Below, piece after piece: positions 16,379 to 23,938 of a stretch of 64,000 bases of DNA. The notes below the pieces were generated by a model, which saw only the letters and a program-made list of their open reading frames with translations, ran no database searches and was not told where the DNA came from. The stretch is from Candidatus Saccharimonadales bacterium (lineage in GTDB: Bacteria > Patescibacteriota > Saccharimonadia > Saccharimonadales > JAYRRP01): contig JAYRRP010000003.1 of NCBI GenBank assembly GCA_041910055.1, positions 45,973 to 109,972 on the forward strand, given 5' to 3'. Positions within the stretch are counted from its first letter, which is position 1. Each line of letters begins with the position of its first letter. A program made the translations under genes and the position numbers.

Positions 16379-17008
16379 ATGACAAATAATGACACCAAAA
16401 GCACAGCCAAAAAGTCATCATATCGTGGTGGCTATGAGCTAAAAGTAATCGGCGACTATGAGTTTGACGAAGTCAGTTCTGCAATGCAGAAGATGATTCG
16501 CCGAAATCAGGAGTATGAAGCCTGCTGGTGGGCGTACGTGCTACACGATAGCGGTTACTACAAATACGTCTGGCGTAGGTTGATGATAATAGCCTCGGAA
16601 GATATTGGTAACGCTAACCCGATGGCAGCCATAATGGTAAATACCCTCAGACAGAACTATGAAGCCACTATGGACAGTAAGACCAGGTTCGGTGGCAATG
16701 GTGCATTATTCTTGTTTCAAGCCATTATGTACCTCTGTTCCTCCGAAAAGGTACGAGAAGCCGATACCCTAGCTAACTTGGTTATCAAGGAGTTCAAGGA
16801 CGGCAAACGCCTAGAAATACCCGAGGTCGCCGTAGACGTACACACTGCTAGAGGCAAGACTATACACGGTAAGTGGGAACAAGGCACTGACGAGGAAAAG
16901 AAAGAGCGGGCGAAGAAATGGTATGAGATTTGGTCAGCCGTAACCCCAGCTTCAAAAATGCCTGATAAGTATCTTGATAAGTGGAAGAAATTGGAGGGTC
17001 ATCTATGA
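16379..17008 (+). CDS. Stand-alone RarA/MgsA C-terminal-domain (MgsA_C-like) protein, no AAA+ module
   Basis: FDEVSSAMQKMIRR, RRLMIIASEDIGNANP, AIMYLCSSEK and VDVHTARGK align by eye with E. coli RarA YDLISALHKSVRGS, ARRCLAIASEDVGNADP, AIVYLACAPKSN and VPVHLRNAPTK. Start set at the ATG after the SD; the TTG 16283 extension was rejected. Confidence 0.72.
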   Translation: MTNNDTKSTAKKSSYRGGYELKVIGDYEFDEVSSAMQKMIRRNQEYEACWWAYVLHDSGYYKYVWRRLMIIASEDIGNANPMAAIMVNTLRQNYEATMDSKTRFGGNGALFLFQAIMYLCSSEKVREADTLANLVIKEFKDGKRLEIPEVAVDVHTARGKTIHGKWEQGTDEEKKERAKKWYEIWSAVTPASKMPDKYLDKWKKLEGHL

Positions 17009-17898
17009 ACACTCTAGTTAAAGCGACAATTCCTAAAGATTACACGGCCCTCTTTGATAACTTGGACGTAGCCGAAAGTACCAGAGCAGATTATTGTTAC
17101 CGTTTGCCATTATTCGTGTCCTACGTGAACCTGTATGGCTTTGATACAAACACCTATTTACACTATAAGAGGTATCTACGAGCGACTAAATGGTCGGTAT
17201 CAACCAAGAACAAGCATCTAATAGTGGCGAGGGTTTTCCTAAAGGAGATGCACCGCCAGGGCTTACTGCCAACCGACATTACACATAACGTAAAGGCTTT
17301 TAAGCAAAGTAAGAAGCACAAGAAACGTGGCTTGAATGATATTGAGGTCAAGAGACTTACTACTTGGCTTGCCGATCTGCCAGAAACGCCAGAAAGCGAT
17401 AGGCTCAAAGCAATTTTTAGCCTGCTGTTGTTACAGGGTTTACGTCTTATAGAAATATGCAGGCTAGACTTTGAGGACTTAGACTTTGAAAACGATAGAC
17501 TGTTTGTATGGGGTAAAGGCAGAGACGATAAAGAACCAGTCCTGTTAATTCCCCAGACTGTTACGTACCTGCGAGAGTATTTAAGAAGTAATGAAGTAAG
17601 AGACGGTGCGTTATTTAGGAGTAATAGCCATAGCCAAATGGGCAGCAGATTATCTACTCGTGGACTTCGTGAGATTATCTCGGTCATATTCAAGATGTTA
17701 CATATAAACAAGACCGCTCACGGGACACGCCATTATTACACCAGCAAGCTATTAAAACATATGCCTGGGGAGTTACTTGATGTGGCTCAATTCACACGAC
17801 ACCGAAGCATTGAGATGTTGCGTGAATACGATAATCGCAATAAACAGGACTTTGCCCTAGACAAAGTGGTTGCGGCATTTGCAGGTGTCAATTTTTAA
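17005..17898 (+). CDS. Tyrosine recombinase (XerC/D / phage integrase family)
   Basis: Catalytic signature: GLRLIEICRL (Arg), HGTRHYY (HxxR) and RHRSIEMLREY (His...Tyr). ATG 17005 forms an ATGA overlap with the upstream stop. Confidence 0.88.
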   Translation: MNTLVKATIPKDYTALFDNLDVAESTRADYCYRLPLFVSYVNLYGFDTNTYLHYKRYLRATKWSVSTKNKHLIVARVFLKEMHRQGLLPTDITHNVKAFKQSKKHKKRGLNDIEVKRLTTWLADLPETPESDRLKAIFSLLLLQGLRLIEICRLDFEDLDFENDRLFVWGKGRDDKEPVLLIPQTVTYLREYLRSNEVRDGALFRSNSHSQMGSRLSTRGLREIISVIFKMLHINKTAHGTRHYYTSKLLKHMPGELLDVAQFTRHRSIEMLREYDNRNKQDFALDKVVAAFAGVNF

Positions 17899-17915
17899 GC
17901 TAAATGCCCAAACAA

Positions 17916-18099
17916 TTCCCTGCAATTTCCCTAAACAAGTCCTATAAAGGTGCTGTTTTCATACCAGATTGCCCTAATGTTGTCGGATTTACACGCGATA
18001 AAGTTAGGGAAATGATAGGGAGAATATAGGGAACGTCCTAACATAGACCCCCTAACCTAAAAACCAAATAGTCTAGGAAATTGGTAGGCGATTGGTAGG
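17916..18099. repeat. Array of 11-bp-phased short repeats (TAGGGA family and ATTGGTAGG)
   Basis: TTCCCT at 17916 and 17927; CCCTAA at 17972 and 18050; TAGGGA at 18005, 18016 and 18027; ATTGGTAGG at 18080 and 18091. There is a perfect 10-bp inverted pair, ATTTCCCTAA (17925-17934) and TTAGGGAAAT (18004-18013). Confidence 0.65.
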
Positions 18100-18223
18100 A
18101 AATGAGCTAAATTAAACACCCATTTACTGCCAATAACACTAATTACAAGCACTAACATTACACCTTAAATTATTTGAGCCTTTGAACTCTAGCAAACTAT
18201 AATAAACGTAGGAGAACTACAGT

Positions 18224-19912
18224 TTGAGCGATAACAATATAGACCTATTCAAAATTATCCAAAGTCAGGTAGCACCAACTGCACCTAAGGAGATTGACCC
18301 TACGCAGCTTCGTTATGCTATATATGTCCGCAAGTCTACCGAAAGTGAAGAAAGACAAATCCGCTCTATACCAGACCAGATTAGTGATTGTATGGAGCTA
18401 GTAGTTGAGCCAAACGGTATTGTAATCAACCAAAAGACTGACATCTTCAAGGAGGAAAAGTCTGCAAAGGAAGCGGGTACAAGACCTGTATTCCGAGAAC
18501 TAATGAACAAAATTGCTGATGGCAAATACGATGCCCTGATATCGTGGCACTACGATCGCATCGCCAGAAATATGAAAGAAGCGGGTGAGATAATTGACCT
18601 AATAGACCGAGGGCAAATCAAAGACCTTAAACTTGCAAAAGCTACATTTGAAAACACTCCAAATGGCAAGATGATACTCGGTATAAGCTTTGTGCTGTCA
18701 AAGCACTATTCAGACCACCTAAGCGAATCGGTATTGCGAGGTAATAAAAGTAGTACCGAAAAAGGCAGGATACTCGCACACCAAGTACACGGCTACCGTA
18801 TCAGTGAGGATAGAAAGCTAATTGCCGACGACAGCAATTACTTAATTATTGAACACGCTTTTAGAATGAGACTTGAAAATAAGTCATTGAAAGACATAGC
18901 AAAGTACATTAACGATAACGGCTACAGGGTACATAGACCAAGCATAGGACACAGAATTAGTATTTTTGACGAGGATAAAGTCTCTAAACTGCTAAGAAAT
19001 CCAGTTTATGCAGGTGTTAATGTCTATGGTAAGACAGTAGTACGTATGGCAGATATTGACCCAGACTTTACGCCAATGGTTAGTGAAGAAGATTTCGTTG
19101 CCCTTAATGGTAAGGGTAGCTTTTTACCTTACACAATGACAGGTTCAAAGCGAATCGCACCTAACGATGTGTCTGACTTTTTACGACAGTTTATAATATG
19201 CGGACACTGTGGTCGTAAACTGGGTACGAGCGTAACTTCAAAGTATACGACAAATAACGGCGTTAAGAGTAAACAGCCAGTCCACTTCTATTTCCGCTTC
19301 AAGTGCAATAACAAGGTCTGCGAAGCATTTGGCAGTGGTCCGAAAGGCTCACTAATAAAAGATTATGTAGCAGATTTTCTACAATCTCACCTATTTACTA
19401 CCAAAAGCAACTATAAACGATACCTAGAAGATGCTCAGACGTTTCTAGCGACACGAAAGGCAGAACTTACGTCTGCCAATAAAAGTCTAACCATACTACT
19501 AAGCAAGAAACGCCGAGAGTACGATGATGCTAAAACTATTGCTGCCGATAACAATAACCCCCTATCCGTACACTACACGCCAAAGCACCTAGATAAGCTA
19601 AAAAACGAAGTGGACGATTACGACAAGCAGGTGCTGGAGATTCGGAAGGAACTTGAGGACCAAAATACTGCTTTGGTGTCTTATGACGAGTTTCTCAAAC
19701 TTTACGAAAATGCGGCTGAATTACTTCGTACAACCTATGGTATGACGATGGCTGACGAACTTATACGGATTTTCTTCTCAAACTTGACTGTAATAAGCAA
19801 ACCATACGGCAAAAAATTGAAACAAAAACAGTGGTCGGTAACTGACCACTGCCTTAACGAACCGTTTGACGATTTCGTCAAAAACGGTGATTTTCTTGTA
19901 TGGTCGGGGTGA
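18224..19912 (+). CDS. Large serine recombinase
   Basis: Resolvase catalytic segment YVRKSTESE...R, a recombinase domain, the zinc-ribbon CGHCGRKL...C..C, and a C-terminal coiled coil. TTG start with AGGAG SD. The last 4 codons and the stop lie inside the att repeat and tRNA-Pro. Confidence 0.9.
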   Translation: MSDNNIDLFKIIQSQVAPTAPKEIDPTQLRYAIYVRKSTESEERQIRSIPDQISDCMELVVEPNGIVINQKTDIFKEEKSAKEAGTRPVFRELMNKIADGKYDALISWHYDRIARNMKEAGEIIDLIDRGQIKDLKLAKATFENTPNGKMILGISFVLSKHYSDHLSESVLRGNKSSTEKGRILAHQVHGYRISEDRKLIADDSNYLIIEHAFRMRLENKSLKDIAKYINDNGYRVHRPSIGHRISIFDEDKVSKLLRNPVYAGVNVYGKTVVRMADIDPDFTPMVSEEDFVALNGKGSFLPYTMTGSKRIAPNDVSDFLRQFIICGHCGRKLGTSVTSKYTTNNGVKSKQPVHFYFRFKCNNKVCEAFGSGPKGSLIKDYVADFLQSHLFTTKSNYKRYLEDAQTFLATRKAELTSANKSLTILLSKKRREYDDAKTIAADNNNPLSVHYTPKHLDKLKNEVDDYDKQVLEIRKELEDQNTALVSYDEFLKLYENAAELLRTTYGMTMADELIRIFFSNLTVISKPYGKKLKQKQWSVTDHCLNEPFDDFVKNGDFLVWSG

Positions 19913-19918
19913 GAGGAC
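19901..19918. repeat. att direct repeat, tRNA-proximal copy (TGGTCGGGGTGAGAGGAC)
   Basis: Identical to 12497-12514. It corresponds to the tRNA-Pro T-arm 3' strand, acceptor 3' strand, discriminator and CCA. Confidence 0.8.
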
Positions 19919-19977
19919 TTGAACCTCCGACCTCCTGGTCCCAAACCAGGCGCGCTAGCCAACTGCGCCACACCCCG
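19901..19977 (-). tRNA. tRNA-Pro (anticodon UGG)
   Basis: Acceptor CGGGGTG/CACCCCG, D arm GCGC-AGTTGGCTA-GCGC, anticodon stem CCTGG/CCAGG with loop TTTGGGA, T arm GGAGG-TTCAAGT-CCTCT, encoded CCA. Confidence 0.93.
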
Positions 19978-20012
19978 GAATTATTTATCTTTAAGGACAG
20001 AGGTGATTATAG

Positions 20013-20468
20013 CTAAATCTTGCTTTTTCTACCAGATGCAGCTGCCAACAGTCGAGCAGGATTTATTTTTTGCATAGCTGGTTGAGGGGTTACCCAAGCC
20101 AGTGCATCATCAGCACTTCTAAACAGTTTCACCTGCTTTTCTTCACTCACAAACTGAACCATATTTTTTGCCACGTTTAGTACTCCTGGATAACTCCCGT
20201 ATATTGCCAGTCGGCGGAATGGCACACTCTGAATAGCAATAACAGCCTTTTGGTATGCAACTGCATCGATGGCTGATATTTCGCAAATACAAATCAAGAT
20301 ATTTCGGGGCGCAAACTTCTTATTCATCAAAGTCTGGACTTGCTGGACAGCTTGTTCAACAATTTCACCGGTGAGATCACAGGCAAGTTTCACACGGATT
20401 AAACCATTGTCCTGTGTAACAATGGTTGCGGGCTTCCTCACCTCTGATTTGCGTTTTCCCATTTGCAT
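20013..20468 (-). CDS. Hypothetical protein, possibly STAS/SpoIIAA-like fold
   Basis: 151-aa ORF whose alternating hydrophobic pattern and C-terminal ...LFRSADDALAWV resemble anti-sigma-antagonist-like domains. Weak assignment. Confidence 0.55.
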   Translation of the reverse strand: MQMGKRKSEVRKPATIVTQDNGLIRVKLACDLTGEIVEQAVQQVQTLMNKKFAPRNILICICEISAIDAVAYQKAVIAIQSVPFRRLAIYGSYPGVLNVAKNMVQFVSEEKQVKLFRSADDALAWVTPQPAMQKINPARLLAAASGRKSKI

Positions 20469-20507
20469 AAGTCTATTAACCTCCTAGCGATAATAATATG
20501 AGATTTC

Positions 20508-21311
20508 TCACATATTAAGGTGTTGATTAATGGGTGTCACGCTTTCAGCAAGACCACTTGCAATATTCACTTCTATAAGTACGGCGTTAAACTGCAGAGT
20601 TCCCATTTCTTCAATCTCGTTTTTAGTAAGTTTACTGTCGCGCCACCGAGGTATAACAGAAGCAAGCGTTACCCCAAGACTAGAATGTAAGGCACCACAC
20701 ATACCGACATCAGTAATATGGGCCGTGCCTTTCGGCAAGACCATGGCATCAGCTGTCGGCACATGCCAATGGTCACCTATTACTGCCGATACTTTTCCAT
20801 CAAGATAATATCCGATTATTATCTTCTCACTCGAAAAGTCACCATGGAAATTAACGATGGTCGCGATATGTTTTATGTGCGCTGTTTCGTCAAGAATTTT
20901 GTCAACTATCTGCAAGGGATTATCAACCGGCTTTTCCGCGTCCCGACCAACGATTTGACCCAATAGACTTATGACTAATATTTTCCCAGCCGGTGTGCTA
21001 ATGAATGTATAACCTTTTCCAGGAGTAGTCGCTGGATAATTGGCAGGGCGTAGAACTGGCTCGTTAGTGTCTTCAAGGAATGGCAGAAGAGTACGTTGAT
21101 GTAAGCTCCAATTGCCACCAGTAAAACACTCCACACCAGCAATCTGTAAACGACGCATGTCAGAAGGCGTCATGCCGCGTCCCTCAGTAACATTCTCACT
21201 CTGGGCAATAACAACATCAATCTGTTGCTGGCGCCGCAACTCCGGCAGCACCTGCTCAACTGTTTTTATGCCTGGCTCGGCATAAATATCTCCGATGTAG
21301 AGGATTCTCAT
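20508..21311 (-). CDS. ymdB: YmdB-family metallophosphoesterase (2',3'-cyclic-nucleotide phosphodiesterase)
   Basis: MRILYIGDIYAEPG N-terminus and a GNWSLH / NFHGD metallophosphoesterase pattern. It lies immediately downstream of rny, as in Firmicutes. Confidence 0.85.
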   Translation of the reverse strand: MRILYIGDIYAEPGIKTVEQVLPELRRQQQIDVVIAQSENVTEGRGMTPSDMRRLQIAGVECFTGGNWSLHQRTLLPFLEDTNEPVLRPANYPATTPGKGYTFISTPAGKILVISLLGQIVGRDAEKPVDNPLQIVDKILDETAHIKHIATIVNFHGDFSSEKIIIGYYLDGKVSAVIGDHWHVPTADAMVLPKGTAHITDVGMCGALHSSLGVTLASVIPRWRDSKLTKNEIEEMGTLQFNAVLIEVNIASGLAESVTPINQHLNM

Positions 21312-21335
21312 ACCTCTAGTGTAACCCTAGACTTA

Positions 21336-22850
21336 TTATTTTGCGTATTCTACAGCTCGAGTTTCTCGGATGACATTTACCTTAATGGTGCCTGGGTATT
21401 GCATGGTGCTCTCAATTTTCGTAGCAATATCTCTCGCCAGTTTAATAGCAGAGAGATCGTCAATGTCTTTTGGTTTTACGAACACCCTTACCTCCCGGCC
21501 CGCGCTGATGGCATAAGCCTTGTCAATACCACTAAAGCCGGTAGCGACATTTTCAAGGTCTTTCATACGTTCAGCAAAGTTCTCTGCACTTATGTTGCGT
21601 GCACCCGGACGTGCAGCACTAATTGCGTCCACTACACGGACGATTAAAGCTTCAACGGTAGTTGCTTCCATATCATCATGGTGCGCTTCAGCCGCGTGGG
21701 CAACTTCCTCAGGCACCCCATATTTACGCAATATTTCTCCGCTAATATGATGGTGTTTGCCTTCCATCTTGTGCGTAAGCGCCTTACCTAAGTCATGGAC
21801 AAGGGCTGCATATTTCGCGGTTCGTACATCTGCACCTAATTCTTCAGCAATTATCCCGGCAATGTGAGCCATTTCTGTTGAATGTTTCAGGACATTTTGC
21901 CCATAACTTGTCCTGAATTTCAGCTCACCAAGATATTGAAGTACTTCTTTGGGTATACCAATAACACCAACCTCACGGGCAGCGTCTTCAGCCGCTCTTA
22001 CTACATCTTTTTGGACATTCTTTTGGGCTTTCTCAACTACTTCTTCGATCCGGCCTGGATGGATACGGCCGTCCTTCATCAGCATTTCAAGCGACTGGCG
22101 GGCAACCTCCCTACGGACGGGATCAAATGAACTCAGCACGATCATGCCAGGTGTATCATCCACCATGATGTCCACGCCAGTGGCTCGCTGCAAGGCCTGG
22201 ATGTTTCGGCCTTCTTTGCCAATAATCCGGCCTTTCATCTCTTCGTCTTCAAGTTTGACTGCGGTAACTGTCCTCTCGGCAGTTACCTCGCTGGCCATAC
22301 GCTCCATTGCAGTCGTGATGACTAGGGCAGCCTGTTCTTCGGCGTTTTCCTGAGCATCCCTTTGCAACTTAGAAACCATACTAGTTAGGTCGGTACGAAT
22401 ATCCCGCTCTGTCATCTTCAGCAACTTATCGGCCGCTTCCTCTTTGGTTAGTTTAGCGATCTTCTCGAGCTTTGTTTGTTGCTTTTTGCGAATATCGCGA
22501 ATTTCGTTTTTAAGTTGTTCTACCTCATCTTCACCCTTGCGAAGTGATTCACCTCGCTTGTCGAGTTGGTCCAACTTTTTATCGAGAGATTCCTCGCGTG
22601 ATAAAAGACGGGCTTCAATATCCTTAAACTCACGGCGACGAGCTTGATCTTCTTTTCGAGCTTGATCTCCCAACTTCCCCGCCTCTTGGCGGGCATCAGC
22701 CAGCACTTTATCTGCTTCTCTTTTAGCTTTTTTTAGTTCTTTCTCCGCAGCTGCTTCAACTGAACCAATTTTACGGCGCGTCATTACCTGGTTCGCACCA
22801 AAACCGACACCAATACCAACAACACCCAGAACAATGGTTATTGGATCCAT
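21336..22850 (-). CDS. rny: Ribonuclease Y
   Basis: N-terminal TM helix, a long Lys/Glu coiled coil, a KH domain (GRIIGKEGRNI) and an HD domain (LVHDLGK). Confidence 0.93.
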   Translation of the reverse strand: MDPITIVLGVVGIGVGFGANQVMTRRKIGSVEAAAEKELKKAKREADKVLADARQEAGKLGDQARKEDQARRREFKDIEARLLSREESLDKKLDQLDKRGESLRKGEDEVEQLKNEIRDIRKKQQTKLEKIAKLTKEEAADKLLKMTERDIRTDLTSMVSKLQRDAQENAEEQAALVITTAMERMASEVTAERTVTAVKLEDEEMKGRIIGKEGRNIQALQRATGVDIMVDDTPGMIVLSSFDPVRREVARQSLEMLMKDGRIHPGRIEEVVEKAQKNVQKDVVRAAEDAAREVGVIGIPKEVLQYLGELKFRTSYGQNVLKHSTEMAHIAGIIAEELGADVRTAKYAALVHDLGKALTHKMEGKHHHISGEILRKYGVPEEVAHAAEAHHDDMEATTVEALIVRVVDAISAARPGARNISAENFAERMKDLENVATGFSGIDKAYAISAGREVRVFVKPKDIDDLSAIKLARDIATKIESTMQYPGTIKVNVIRETRAVEYAK

Positions 22851-22990
22851 AGCGTTCCTTTCTATCGTGCAGGCGTCACTTTACGCAATCACTCTCACTT
22901 CATTAGCGCAAGCCAGCCTGAAAATCGAATTGGATTAAAGTAATTCTTCAAAAGGATTTTGTTCCCAAAACGTCAAAAATCCTACTGAAA

Positions 22991-23020
22991 ACTATACCTT
23001 GTGCTATGGGGCAGGGTCAA
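22991..23020 (-). promoter_or_regulatory. Candidate promoter TTGACC-N18-TATAGT with long rny leader
   Basis: Read on the minus strand. It lies about 140 nt upstream of the rny ATG, inside a 228-nt intergenic region. Confidence 0.4.
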
Positions 23021-23078
23021 ATTGTCAGATATGGGCTACATAAATGGCTGATTATTTTTTGGTTACTTATCAATCGGC

Positions 23079-23471
23079 CTATTTCCTGGGAGTAGTCGTA
23101 CGGACAGGCGCGCCATAATCTGGCAAGATAATGTGTTTTTTTCCGTGTTGCACACACTCTAATCCATCGTTAAGCCAGCTTGCACCTGTAGTACCCACAA
23201 TTGGTATGCCAAGTTCTGATGCCAGAGTATTTGCTACGGTTAAGCCAATCCTTAAGCCTGTAAAACTGCCCGGCCCTTGGTAGCAAACTATACCTTCCAC
23301 ATCAGCCCAATTAAGCTTCTCTTCTGAGAGCAGAAGCTTAATTTTATAATGGAGAGTAGCTGAAAGTTCCCTGTGAGCCTGCCACATCTTATAGGCAAGT
23401 TGATGATCTTTGCCAACATAAAGGCCGATTTCTGCCTCAGGTTTATCGGTGCGAATAGTAAGGATAATCAT
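23079..23471 (-). CDS. tsaB: tRNA t6A biosynthesis protein TsaB (short, N-terminal domain only)
   Basis: GPGSFTGLRIGLTVANTL motif. Only 130 aa. Confidence 0.8.
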   Translation of the reverse strand: MIILTIRTDKPEAEIGLYVGKDHQLAYKMWQAHRELSATLHYKIKLLLSEEKLNWADVEGIVCYQGPGSFTGLRIGLTVANTLASELGIPIVGTTGASWLNDGLECVQHGKKHIILPDYGAPVRTTTPRK

Positions 23472-23938
23472 CGTTTTACTCCTTTTAGCAGATAAGCAAG
23501 TTTCGGTGGATAGTGAAATGTAAACTGCCGCTCATTCTCACCAGTAGTCCGTATCATGATAATCATACGTTCTTGGGGCAATACTTCACGAATAGTATCC
23601 GCCCACTCTACTACAATCACATTATCAGGACTATCCAACATTTCAGATAATTCATGAGCGAGTAATCCTGGCTCTTTCAAACGATAGAAATCAAAGTGAT
23701 GAAGTTGAAACTTTTTTGAGGCGTAGACTTTGCCAACGGTGAAAGAAGGGCTCGCAACATGTTCGTTGCTTCCTATGCCTCGTGCTAAACCGCGAACAAA
23801 AGTGGTCTTCCCGCTCCCCAGATCACCCACTAATTCAATGGTTTCACCGCCGAATAAACGCGCGCCAATAGCTTCAGCCAGCTTTTCTGAAGCGGCGGAG
23901 CCGGTAGAATGCGTTCGCCAAATCCTGTCTGTACTCAT
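23468..23938 (-). CDS. tsaE: tRNA t6A biosynthesis ATPase TsaE
   Basis: Walker A GDLGSGKTTFVRG and a typical C-terminus. Start set at MSTDRIW; the longer ORF-track version is an out-of-frame read through the upstream gene. Confidence 0.85.
   Translation of the reverse strand: MSTDRIWRTHSTGSAASEKLAEAIGARLFGGETIELVGDLGSGKTTFVRGLARGIGSNEHVASPSFTVGKVYASKKFQLHHFDFYRLKEPGLLAHELSEMLDSPDNVIVVEWADTIREVLPQERMIIMIRTTGENERQFTFHYPPKLAYLLKGVKR

Larger units (their letters stand above)
12497..19918. mobile_element. ~7.4-kb integrated element in the 3' end of tRNA-Pro(UGG)
   Basis: Bounded by the perfect 18-bp direct repeat. Cargo is an S24 repressor, an R-M pair, a tyrosine recombinase and a large serine recombinase. 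It looks AT-richer than the flanks by eye (not computed). Confidence 0.8.

Noticed and set aside
17904-18038. 44-aa ORF (MPKQFPAISLNK...) spanning the repeat array.
   Set aside because: It has no SD, and its codons are dictated by the phased TAGGGA/TTCCCT repeats, so I treat the region as non-coding. It could be revisited if it proves conserved as an Xis-like peptide.
21949-22353. Long antisense ORFs inside rny. The same pattern occurs inside dnaK (56265-56579), the ATPase (7080-7475), the LTD gene (23992-24351) and others.
   Set aside because: They are Ser/Ala/Thr/Pro-rich shadow frames opposite strongly supported genes and have no independent signals.
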